DNA of 64,000 nt from Tubiluchus corallicola (lineage: Eukaryota > Animalia > Priapulida), in the NCBI GenBank assembly GCA_030141605.1, contig JAQGDQ010000283.1:236321-300320 (forward strand), in the 5' to 3' direction. This document shows positions 1 through 11,520 of this stretch, in pieces (the first letter of the stretch is position 1; every line of letters starts with the position of its first letter). Below the pieces are notes generated by a model. It searched no databases, had not been told where the DNA came from, and saw nothing but the letters and a program-made list of their open reading frames with translations. Both the position numbers and the translations under genes were made by a program.

Positions 1-1467
1 AGCCATGTTATGATGTACAATCTGTTTATCAAACGCTTTCCATTCCGGATGAATGTTCTCCAAGCACATGTACATAACTAGATTAGCAAAGGCTTCATGC
101 AGCCATAGGTCTGACCACCATTCAAGGGTTACAGTATTACCAAACCAAGCATGTGCAATCTCATGTGACATCACTTTTCCTACATAAAACTTATGTTCAT
201 CTGATGAAATTTTGTCATCAATGAGTAAAGCAGGAGGCTGATGTGTCACAAGCCCCCAGTTTTCCATAGCCTCAAATGCCAGATCTGGTGTCAATATGTG
301 CTCAACATGTGCTAAATGCTTTTCCATGTCAAAGAAGTCTTCGTAAAATTTATATATGTTTGCTGCAAGATTTAGGGCATACATTGTCTGATTGATTAGC
401 TCTAGTGGTGCCCATATTCGAATTTCAGGTCCATCTACTTCTTTCTTTGACGTGTAACTATAATCATTTAAACTTAGTGCCACTAAATATGTTGACATGA
501 TTGGCGTCGGAGGAAAAGTTTGGCGCACCCATCCATCAGCTAGTGTTTCTGTACAGTCAGCTTGCATGTTGGATAAAGCATTGTAGTTAGGTCTGTGCTC
601 AATGGTAATAACAAATCTTGCTTTGTATGCTGGTTCATCAAAGCAAGGAAACACGGCACGACTGTCAACTGCCTGCAGTTGTGTTATAGCTACATGTGAC
701 ACTTCACCTGTAGGTTTTTTGTAAGAGCTTTTATACAATCCAAATAAGTTGTCTTGCTGGACGTCTCCATTGTATGGCCCAATTTTTAATGTATACGTAG
801 CATCTTGCCTTAATGGCTCTTCTAAACAGATGACGTAAAAATTATTCGTATTTACTTCAAACACATTCTTCACTTGTATCATATGATTTGTGCTTTCTTT
901 TTGGATACTCACAGAATTTGGTGGGATCGTTAATTTGTAAACGTGTAGCACAATGTAACTTGTCTCTTCCACACATTTAAAGTATATACACACAGATCCT
1001 GTGAAGTTGAAGTCATCCATGTCTATTCGTAAGCTGATGTTGTACAGTGATGGTATGAGCGTTCCTGGAAGTCTGGGTCCTCCCCAAGGTGGAGGCGTGT
1101 CCTTTTCCCAGATAATATTCACTCCATTTACGTTGTCGTTATTTTCACCTAAAAGTGGGTCTATTATTGGAACTAACTGAGATGAATCACCAGTATGAGA
1201 TTGAGCATCACTTTTCAAAGCTGCTGCGACTGATTCATATTGCACGGTTTTTTTGTTTTCATAATATTGCCTTACTATGTACCATGTTGCAGCACTACAT
1301 CCCATGCATATTAATAATCCTGTGCACACTAACGTTGTCCATCTCAGTCTGAAATTTTTACACAGTTTTTTATTGTCTTTTTCATACGATTCGTTCACAA
1401 CTTCCATATTATATCTGTTCAAACTTCGGTTCATTGCCGTAGTTTCAATACTTGAGAGATCTGCCAT
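1..1467 (-). CDS. M1-family zinc metallo-aminopeptidase (aminopeptidase N/TRHDE-like), type II membrane protein; 5' part only, runs off the window edge
   Basis: Absent from the ORF track because it has no stop inside the window. Hand translation from ATG at 1467 (in-frame TAG upstream) is open for 489 codons: MADLSSIETT..., TM anchor WTTLVCTGLLICMGCSAATWYIV, PRLPGTLIPSLYNISLRID, RAVFPCFDEPAYKARF, TPIMSTYLV, EAMENWGL (EAMEN 259-273), HEIAH (151-165) and the distal Glu at 94-96, giving HEXXH(X18)E. Confidence 0.95.
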   Translation of the reverse strand, partial: MADLSSIETTAMNRSLNRYNMEVVNESYEKDNKKLCKNFRLRWTTLVCTGLLICMGCSAATWYIVRQYYENKKTVQYESVAAALKSDAQSHTGDSSQLVPIIDPLLGENNDNVNGVNIIWEKDTPPPWGGPRLPGTLIPSLYNISLRIDMDDFNFTGSVCIYFKCVEETSYIVLHVYKLTIPPNSVSIQKESTNHMIQVKNVFEVNTNNFYVICLEEPLRQDATYTLKIGPYNGDVQQDNLFGLYKSSYKKPTGEVSHVAITQLQAVDSRAVFPCFDEPAYKARFVITIEHRPNYNALSNMQADCTETLADGWVRQTFPPTPIMSTYLVALSLNDYSYTSKKEVDGPEIRIWAPLELINQTMYALNLAANIYKFYEDFFDMEKHLAHVEHILTPDLAFEAMENWGLVTHQPPALLIDDKISSDEHKFYVGKVMSHEIAHAWFGNTVTLEWWSDLWLHEAFANLVMYMCLENIHPEWKAFDKQIVHHNMA

Positions 1468-4400
1468 GTTTACTGTGCTGTACGCCTTGTGCACTGATTT
1501 GTGGCTAACAACTGCTTTTCTTATGACCTATGCTTTTATTTGAACAGTTTTGACAACACTAATAAATGCATATGCTACTATACGCAAAGCAGTTCTCAAA
1601 GTGTTTTGAGGCAAGATACTAAAGATAAAGATGTTTATCTGGCAATCATGTATAGGTTTAGTGCTCACCCTCAAGGCAATATTACTGAACTTTTTACACC
1701 TTTCTGTGTAAATATTAAGCCGCTTTATAACATGTCACTTAGAATGTTCTGCTTGAACAATATTTACAACGTGTGACGGAATTACGTGTGATGACCACAT
1801 GAAGGTCATCTTGTTCTACATGGACACAAATGCACTTTCTGCAAAACTGACTGATATAGTTTTTTAAGCATATGCTTGTCTTCCCATATACAAGTTTGAT
1901 GACTGTTTACTTTACACATGTTGAACGTGACATAGAAATGGAAGTAGAAGAATCAGAAATAGAAAAATCGGTGATTTAAAGTTTTCTATGAACCTTTTTT
2001 TTTTGAAAATTCACATGAAAAACATAACTTTGTTTTCAAAGACCATTATTATGCAGCTTGTTTATAGTTTTCCATTTATTGTAGTTGCTGACAAAGGATT
2101 GTTTAACATCATGACATAAATGATGATGGTTCACTGCCTTGCTGAAGAAGCCTTACTCTTTTTGTAACCGTTTTTAAGTATTTTTAGACTGTTGTTGAGC
2201 TCCTCTACACTGATGTGGCAATCTTAAATGTATGACAAAAATTACCCTACCTGTTGGTCTATAGACTTTTACTAAACTTGTGTCAACAAAAACAATGCAG
2301 TAACTAACTGTGCTGAAAATAACTGAAATTCACGAAATTGTGGATCTAGAAACCTTGCTGCTCTGTGTTGAAATTGCTTAATTATAGTGCACGTAGAAAG
2401 CAGGTAGAAGTCAAAACAAGCCGCATTTATGCAAAGTATCCAGATTTATTTAGCTTTTTGCATGTTTCAGATGTTGCTGAAATACATCCGTACTTCTTTA
2501 AGCTTGTAATAACGCGTTTCATCCTATTATATGCAAGGCTGCTGATGAGAAGTAAGCTGAATACCAGTGTTCTGATGGAAGAGTTTCCATATTTCCATTG
2601 CAGAGATTTTTTATGTATGTAAATTCCATGTATGTGAGTAGTAATTGTAGAACATTAATGTATTGGAATGATGTTTATTTTAATATTCCATCTTCATCTA
2701 TCAAGACAGATTTCTTCACTAATGATGGGTAAAGGTACTGATAAGAATTGAGAACAACTTTAATAATTTGACTTTCACAGTTTAGTAGAATGCAAAACTG
2801 GCTGCACATACTTTAAAATATGTTTAGTAGCACTTCTTGCTTTTGTGATTAGCCTCATAATTAATTGAATGTTCTTGACTTTTGCAGGGTTTACAGAGTT
2901 CATTTCTGCTGAAAACCTGTATTACTTCATTACAACTTAATGATAAGATAACTTTTGCTTATTTCTGTGATTGCTGTTGCTCTGGTTCACATGCACTAAA
3001 CCCTGTATGGATCTGCATTGATTTTAACTTCAAACTGAAAACTCCTAACTTATTCCCTTTGTTTGCACATCTGGTAGATCAAAGTGCCTACTGATAATTT
3101 TTTTTACAAGTCAAATGGAAAAACTGTTTTTGGCAAATAATTTCAGAAGGCAGGCAGAAAAAACTAGATTTGCAAGTAGCTGTCCTACATCTAGGAACAT
3201 CCAAGGCAAATTATAGAAGACCCAGCAAAGAGAACACCTCTGTGCAAGGTGTAGGCATTTAAGAATTAATGAAGCATTATCTTTATGGTAACAACATTAT
3301 TTAGGAGTTAGCATTAGCAAATTAAGGTTACATTTTTGCAGCAACGTTGTTCAGAAGGTTATATGTGTAGTCAAAACAGGCTCTGCCTTTTTTGAAAATC
3401 TTTAAAGAGAATTTATTACAAGTGTATTCACAGCTTATCAAACCAAGCAGTTTTTATGTTCCCTCTGCCCTCTGATCCCTTAACGATTTTCTCTCTTGAA
3501 AGTGCTTCTAATTTTGTGATCTTAGGGCCAAGTCTGCTTGATGACCAAAGTTGAGCAACACTGGTCCTGATTAATAATTACAAAGGTGACCAGTGGGAAA
3601 ATTGTTCCTTGGCATTATTTGACATCGTTCTTTATTTGTGTTGCAGTTTCATATCCTAGAGGATTGTTGTAGAGAATTTATCTTTGATAGTGAGATAGGT
3701 TCTGGTCCTGTAACAGGTAATAATTGCAATAGGTAGGCATTGGGTGTTGGCTAGTGCTTGCAGTGTGCCAAACTGTTCTAAAATAATCATTTAAGCGAGT
3801 GACGTTCGTCATTCTATTCTTATAGACCTCCCTCTCTCTTTCTCTCTCTCTAAACTTTTAACACCTCCATTTTCACAAAGGATTCAGCCAAAACTGTTTT
3901 TAAGTAGCCACTTGCTTTATTCAAAATGTTATGATATAATTTTTCAAAAATTGCATTAGTAGAGTTGGCACCGTAGCATTGTGTTAGAAATGATAACTCA
4001 TAAAAATATGATAACTCTAATTTACTAAACTTTTAAAATTATCTTTACAGCTTTCAAAAGTGTTAGAAAATTGTAAAAGTTATACTAATCGTTTATTCTC
4101 CCATTTTTCGTGTAAGAAATTGTTAAATTGAAATAAAGGTCTGCAGTTATTGATGATTTTAATTCCATTTTGTTTTTTTAGCATATTCTATGTAAACAGA
4201 CTGCATTCCTTGTTTAAACATACGTATTGCACAGTGTTACATTTTTTTCCATAATTGTTATTTTTTTGCAACATCTTCTATTTTTTGCTTTTTTCAGACA
4301 TGGTGTTGGAAATTGCAATCCAGAGGCAAGAAATTGACAAGCAAAGACGAAATAGTGTAAACATTTTCGGCCATGGACTAAAGGACATCAAGTTTGGCTG

Positions 4401-5040
4401 CAGCCAGTTTGACTTTTGTCAGCTGGGAGACTGCATGACAGGACAACTGCTTTTATATGACTTCATTCAGTGTGTGTTATCGACAGTGATAACTTGGTGA
4501 ATAATTTCATTTTTAATAGGCAATCGCTACTGGGTTTGACTGCATTGAGAGTTATATGCAAAATGTCTTATATGTCAGTAGAATTTGCATGGCAATTTTT
4601 ATTTGTCTTAGTGTGTTCTTGTATTCCTCATCTGTGCGTGCCATTTTCAGTACTTCAAGAGAATTTCTAGATGATATACAAACATATTCAAAATCTGAAG
4701 TACTAACAGGCTTCCAAGTTTTGCTGACAAGGTACAGCTTAATCAACTAAAACCAAATACGTATCTTATGACTTTGAATAACTGTTTTAAAAGAAAAGTA
4801 AATGTTACTTGACTAATTTTCAAGATTGTTCATGAAACCATTGGAAAATGAATTTGAGTAAATATATAAAATAGTGGCTTGTTTTTTTAAGAGAATTGTA
4901 ATTTCTGCTTATAGCACTAAAATTAGTTAAGCTAATATTCCGTGAAAAAGAAATTGTATGACAATTTTGATTTATGTGTGACATAAGCACAAGTATGTAA
5001 GCGTCCTAACACAACATTATTATTTAAAGTGCATATGCAT

Positions 5041-5046
5041 TTTATT
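5041..5046 (-). promoter_or_regulatory. Candidate polyadenylation signal (AATAAA) of the second aminopeptidase gene
   Basis: TTTATT on the plus strand about 340 nt downstream of the stop at 5383; support is positional only. Confidence 0.3.
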
Positions 5047-5087
5047 TGATTACCAGCAATTTTTTACAATTAATAATACTAATAATT

Positions 5088-5185
5088 TTAATAGTAATAA
5101 TGATAATCCTCTCTCCTTCATCAAAGACATTAAAGCTAATAGTAATAATAATAATCTTCTCTCCTTCATTAAAGACATTAAAGCC
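5088..5185. repeat. ~48-bp tandem duplication (two copies)
   Basis: ataatcctctctccttcatcaaagacattaaagc is repeated as ataatcttctctccttcattaaagacattaaagc. Confidence 0.75.
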
Positions 5186-5382
5186 TATCTCTAAGTGTAC
5201 AGAAAATTTTCTTCGGAATTTAAATGAATACTTACAGTCAGCGTTTCTACTAGCTTGCTTTTCATACTTGTGAGTTCAGCTAATTTACATACTTGCGTTA
5301 AACTGTCTGATTCATAATTGAGGAAAATTCTGCCTTATACTTGAAACTAATTAATCACAAACTGGAAACATTGCTAATTGTC

Positions 5383-8300
5383 TTAGTTATGGTGAATGAC
5401 ATTTGTGAGAATTTCACCAACATTAGCTGAATGTGTCTTCATCCAATGGATATTTAGTCTTGCAAAATTTTTAGCCTTTGCAAAAGAAAGCTTTGCCGAC
5501 TCGGTCAATGGCTGTGATTCAAATAACTTTATCATGTGCTCGTATTCTCCGTTCGTGTTAACTGTCATCACAAGAGTATGCAATAGTGTGTCTAGTGATA
5601 ATGCATCATCTTTGTACCTACAAATAAATGTTTAATAAAAATTCAAAAAACTAATATAAATATCAGACTGCATTTATTTAATATGCAGCTAGATTGCCAA
5701 TTAAGTAGTTTTGAGTTTGATTTTCTCTTGGTATTGACGGAAAATATTCAGGTTACTTAAATCAAGATATGTAGCTGTTTTAAAAACTGCCTTAGGTAAT
5801 CAATAATATTTTTAAAGATTATCCGAACCCAATCTTAAACTGTAAGTCAAATAATCTACTCTTTAAAATATTGAAAGGAGACATACTACTTTTTTCAGAA
5901 TGCCTTACATGAAAGAATTATTACGCCACAAATGCAATTTCGCATCTGCGCAACTAGCTCTTCGCTGTTATATGCATTTGGCCATTCTCTAATAAGACAG
6001 GTACTAGTACCCGCATTTCAAAAACGCGTCACACAAAAAAGCAGGTGCTGTACCTTTCAGCTCAGATGTGTTCATTTCTGACGTACTGCACACATTCAAG
6101 AGTTCACCCGTGAGCACAGCGGTAAATTTGAATTTTTATTTTAAATCTTGCCGAGTTTTATTACAACACTTTGAATCTCTTACAGTAGTACTGCACTTCA
6201 ATTTTCTCTTTCTCAAACACCTGCAACAAACTCGTGGAATGTTTTTGCTGTTGAAAATTATGTTCATTTGTGATGTCATCAACAATTGGGCTCGCCCGCC
6301 GTTAATTAAGATTTTAATCTATTATTATTTAATCTATTTATCAGAAACGCTTTTCTAGTATTATTGGTGTTCTAATGCATACTTTTTATCGTATTTGAAA
6401 ATGGGATAGTATATGAAAAATCATCCTGTCAAAACCTTCCCGTCAAACCAATATTATGGTTTATTTTCTGCCGGAGTGTAATTTAAAGTTTTAAAAAGTG
6501 TTGGGAGTTTTATACAGTTATATGTGCAACTTTCCATCAACATTATAAGATCAGCCAAATTTAATTTACTTGTGTGTCAATCGCAACGTTTTTAATTGTT
6601 TCACTTCGGTGATTAAAATAACTATCTGCTACTTTCCTTCTTTATATTAAAAAATTATTTAATTATCTGGTTTGAACTGCTATTTCATGCTATTCCTCCT
6701 AAAAGGTATATTGAAGACTGAAAGAAATATTTATATTCTATAACACCTTTTACTTTGATTTTTTTTAAATTACTAAAAACATATAGTCAATTTTACCATT
6801 GGTATATCTGCTGCCAGTGTGCTTCTAAGAAGCAGCTTGCAACTGTGCGAGATAGGGGCGAATCTTCAAAAGCAGCTATACCATTATGTAGAGCAAAGTT
6901 TTGAAATGCTCCTTCTTCTAATAACTGAAGATACTCCTGTAATAACCATATCTCATGTACTGCAGCTAAAGAATTATATGCAGCTATTTTGTCACCAGGT
7001 ACCCTCGTTCTGTGGCTGTATTGTAGCATATATTCCCAGCTGTGGGCTCCACCTACTTTTACCCCTGCTTTGTAAATGAGTGGCCGTAAATTCTGCGGCA
7101 TGTAATTTCCTTTTTTAAGATGCGTAAATAGTCTGCTTGCTTTTTGTCGAATGTTTCGGCTTCCATAGTCAAAAGCTGCATTCAGCAAGTATACCCTTAA
7201 CTCCTTTCTGTGACTGTCATCCCCTTCTTCTACCCATCCAAGATCTAATATATTGGGTGACATCATATACTGCATAAATTCCTTCACGTCTTCATTGTAA
7301 GAACTTTCTGCTAACATTGTTGCAATGTAATTCATGTGAAATAGAAACATCTGCCATGGTCCAACACTGTGGTCATTTCGCAGATGTAATGATAGCTGAA
7401 TTGGTATGCTATAGTCAAGTTTTGTGGATTTTGCCAACATGAAAGCCGAATTTAGTAGCGCCATGCGTGTTCCTGTTTCTATCTGGCTGTGATCCGTGTT
7501 CAGCATTTTGATCAATCTGATCCAGTTATCTTGCCAATAGTTCACAAGGTAATATCCATTAGAATCCACATTTCCTGCTATCCAAAATGTCTCATAAGTG
7601 TCTATAGTAAAGGTTGTTTCAGCATCATTTTTATGAATCCAGTTCAGGTGTTTGACAATGATTATATCATCAGATAAATTACAGCTTTTACATATTGATG
7701 TTTTGTAGGTGAATGGAATCTCCCACTTGTTTTTCGTGTGCATTTCATCATCTACATCAGTTGGATTTAAAAGAAAATGCTCTTGAGTGAGTACAATTCT
7801 ATTTTCTTTAAGTGCAACATTCACTACAGGATATCCTTTTTGTTTAATCCAGGTGTCCGTGATCATTTCCGTATCATAGAATCCACCAGAAGCATCAGTA
7901 ATGATGTCCCACAAGTTACCCATATTTGCATTTGAAAACTTGTACTGTGTAATGTACTGTCGAAGTCCTGTCTGGAAATTCTTTTCTCCCACAAGATCTC
8001 GTAGCATTCTTAGGACATGGCTTCCTTTCACATAAGGAATCCCATCAAAGTACTGCATTACTTCCCCAGATGTCTTAAAGTCGAGGTAGATTGCATGCGA
8101 TGAAGGAAATGCATCTTCATTTTGCACTGCAACTGAATTCCATGTGTCTCCCCAGGGTCCCCCAACCAGGTGCTTTTCCCATATTCTCCATTCTGGGTTA
8201 TTATAATCTATGCTCATGTACATTGTAAGTGTTGCAAAGGCTTCGTTTAACCAAAAGTTTGTCCACCAGTCCATTGTTACCATGTTTCCAAACCACGTAT

Positions 8301-9636
8301 GAGCAATTTCATGAGTTATAATTAATGTAGCATAGCATTTATCATTATCGGTCGATATTTCATCACTGATAAGCAATGCATCTGACTGATATGTAATCAG
8401 ACCCCAGTTTTCCATTGCTGCAAACCACATTGAGTCAATGGCAATGTGCTCGACGGTTGGCATAATTTCTTTCACATCTAAAAATTCTTCAAAGTAATTG
8501 TAAATAGAAGGAATGACTTCTGTTGCGTAGGATGCCAGAGCAATTTGTTCCTTTGGTGCCCAGATGCGAATTGTCATATTATTACTTGCAGTTCTTGTTT
8601 TATGTACGAAATCATTGACACTGAAAGCTATTAGATATGTTGACATGATAGGCGTTCTTGAAAAATAGTCTGTCACCCAGCCATCTTCACCTGTTTTGCT
8701 TGTAATCTTGTCCATATTAGATACGGACACATAGTTAGGAGAATGCATGATGCTGATATCAAATGTAGCTTTCAGATGTGGTTCGTCAAAACATGGAAAT
8801 GCCATTCTGGCAAATACTGATTGGAATTGTGTGACTGCTGACATCGTTATGGTATTGTTCAAAGTTCTATACTTACTTAAGTAAATTCCAAAAGTACCGC
8901 TTTGGAAAAAGCTAGTGAAAGACTGGATTGACAATATGTACTTGTTGCTTTCCTGTAGTTCTTCCCGAAGAACAATCACGTAAAATGAGCGCTTGGGATT
9001 TTTAAATTGGTAATCAATTTGTACCTCTTTTTGTTGATTCCCAATGTGCGAAACAGTCACAAAACTCTGATCAATTTGTATGTCATTAGCATGAATCACA
9101 ATGAAATTTGTGTTCTCTGTGCAATCTATGTCAATGGTGACAGCTCCCGATATATGCAGATTATCAATATCTATTTTCAACATTAATGCATAATGTCTGG
9201 GAATTAAACTTTGGGGAAGACGTACACTGTCCCATATAATTTCTTGTGGTTCAAATGGTTTTATTTCATTGGTGCTGTCTACGTTGTCGCTATTATCTAT
9301 ACCAGTTTGTTCTAGGATACTCACTCCTTTGCTGAATGATTCTTTAGCTGTTAATGACATTGCTTTTGGTGTATCTTTTGTAGTAGCCGGTACTGAGTAA
9401 TGTCTGCTAGTGAGAAACCAAGTAGCTGTGCACGACATTGATATCAAAGCAGCTATAATAATTATGTTAAATACCGACATCTTGGTACATCCATATGCTT
9501 TCCGTGTTGTGTGCACATCATGAATTTCTTCTTTATCTTCATTTTCTTCTTCATTCCTATCTGGATGCTGATGCACTACTTCATATTCACAATAAAGTTT
9601 CGTTACTTCTTTTTCTGTATACTTTGCCTGCGCCAT
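5383..9636 (-). CDS. M1-family zinc metallo-aminopeptidase (aminopeptidase N/TRHDE-like), 2 exons, 1024 aa
   Basis: Exon 1 is 9636-6797 (ORF-track 947 aa: N-terminal TM anchor, RLPQSLIPRHY, ARMAFPCFDEP, AAMEN 8407-8421, HEIAH 8299-8313, WLNEAFA, FDGIPYVKG, ERAP1-like C-terminal domain). Donor TG|GTAAAA at 6796, acceptor TTTGTAG|G at 5618. Exon 2 is 5617-5383 (W|YKDDALSLD...NIHWMKTHSANVGEIL...stop). Phase 2/2 is consistent; total 3075 nt. Confidence 0.93.
5812..6450 (-). mobile_element. Interspersed non-autonomous DNA-transposon-like repeat, copy A (in the aminopeptidase intron)
   Basis: Its reverse complement aligns by eye over ~500 bp with 39820-40337 (shared blocks include aaattcaaatttaccgctgtgc, aacacatctga, gtaataattctttca, tttcaatattttaaagag, tacagtttaagattgg). 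It ends at a TTAA. Confidence 0.75.
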
Positions 9637-10079
9637 TTTTCGATCCCACTTTTATTGTAACACTAAGTTGCACTGATTGGCTGACCACAGAGGGTCCAGA
9701 GGGTATCTTTGCTGTATATCCTAACAGTAATTAAATATTTGGCCACTGTGCTTTGATGACAAATGATAACAAGACCTTTGAATTCCTTAAGAAAACATGC
9801 CGATATTGTTTGATTGTGATATTGATGTATTTGCAAAATAGTAATCAGGGTCTCATTTATTGATAATTGTGTGTCATTTAACTTTTTTTGTATAGTTTTA
9901 ACATTTTCAAGGTTAGGCGACAGTATTGCTTTTATCGAAGTACAAAGCTGAAGTTATATATTTAGAAAAGAGTTAGTATTAAAATTGAACAAAATTTATG
10001 CCACATTTGTTGCATTGCTAAATTATCCTTTTTTGGAAATTTTATATGCACTCTGTATTATACATTAATTTGTTTTCTA

Positions 10080-10161
10080 AGTGTTATGTAGTGTCAATAA
10101 TTACTCACCTTCATGTTGTTAGTTTTGCTGGACAGGACGAAAATAACATTGTTCTAAGGTG

Positions 10162-10229
<68 letters not shown>

Positions 10230-11520
10230 TGTGCATGCATGTGTGTTGTAAAGACTTTTACAGCCACAAAAGAAGCAAAAGAAGACTTTTATAGCAACAA
10301 AAGATTTTCAGAAATGCAGCTCATTATCTTTGTTTTTAAATATTTGCTGGAATCTGAACTTACTTATTTTAATCACAATATCATTTAAATTCATGTTTCA
10401 GATACTTGATGTGGCATACCCATAATGGACTGTACAAGATCACTGAAATTCATTTTCTAATAAAGTAACACAAAATTTTGACCATATGCTTCCATTGGTT
10501 TAATCAAACTCCACTATCGGTAAGAGAGATATTAGCTTATCATTCCATCCATCTTATCATGTTATACATAATCTGTTTTTATTGTACATTTGATATTATT
10601 AGAAGAGCAGGGTTGTTAGTCAAGTTATGGACTGCAAAATTTTAAGTTTGAAGTGCAATGTTGATGGAGTTGTTCCAGGTATCACCTATGATGAAATAAT
10701 CTTACACCTGTCTGCTCAAAACTTTGAAAACTGTTTTAAAAAGGAGGAATTTTTTTGACGAAAAGGATAATTTTTGTCACATGGTTAATGACCTCGAAGC
10801 ATATTAATCTGGAATAAACAGGCCTAAGATGTAACAGAATGTTTTATCTCCATGTTATTTTTTATCTGTAGTTAAGAAAGGTAAATTGTTTGTTCCAGAA
10901 AGACTTGCGTTTCAAATATGGCCAAAATACTATAGCAGTAAATACTAACCTCAGCCCATTTATGCTGAAGATGGCATAGTTTGTGTAACCACACTCTGAA
11001 AGAGCTTCTTTCACCGATGCAAGTTTTGTACGTTTAAAGGTCAGCATTTTAGTTTTACTTTCCTAGACATGGCCAATTGCAAAGCCGCATTGTCACTTAA
11101 TTTATACATATGAAAAACAAAACAAAAAAGCCATTCATAATAATAATTGTATCTTTCACTTTATATCTTTTTTATTTTAGCCTTAGGTTTTGATCAGCAT
11201 TTTTCAGTGAGTGTTGAAGAACACAGCATGCTTTTCTACAAAGTAAGACGCACCTTAATAATGCCAGGAATAGAATCCTTTTCATATGACACCAACTTGC
11301 ATGAACTTAGAAGAGAAGTTATTTCAAATGTAACTACTTCACCAGAACATGACAAAAAGGCAAATGTACTTGTTCGAAAACATCGGGCTGTGTTGTAAAG
11401 ATGGTTGGAAAGATGATGTACGTCTACCGCAATGTGTGGAAAAGGACAGCCAAATGAATGTTAAAGTATAGATAAAAGCAAAAAATCACAGAAAATGGTG
11501 GTAACTGTGGAAAATGAATT
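10080..11520 (+). mobile_element. Degenerate, intron-containing DDE DNA-transposase fossil (Sola-like motifs, inferred)
   Basis: Spliced translation: HLHVVSFAGQDENNIVLR| (donor 10159, acceptor 10401) YLMWHTHNGLYKITEIHFLIK*H/KF*PYASIGLIKLHYR| (donor GTAAG 10520). This is a decayed match to the eukaryotic transposase motifs HADNCxGQNKN..YLxWR and FL..GHTKFxPD..FGLIK. It carries stops and a frameshift. Similarity downstream of 10520 is weaker and the boundaries are approximate. Confidence 0.6.
10165..10245. repeat. Compound microsatellite (TG)n(CGTG)n
   Basis: Directly visible; lies inside the fossil transposase intron. Confidence 0.95.

Noticed and set aside
4255-4750. Cluster of short overlapping ORFs between the aminopeptidases
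   Set aside because: No recognisable domain or consistent exon chain; it may be a decayed element but I cannot support that.
6793-6796. ORF-track stop ending the aminopeptidase at 947 aa
   Set aside because: The stop lies in intron sequence (TG|GTAAAA). The protein continues in exon 5617-5383.
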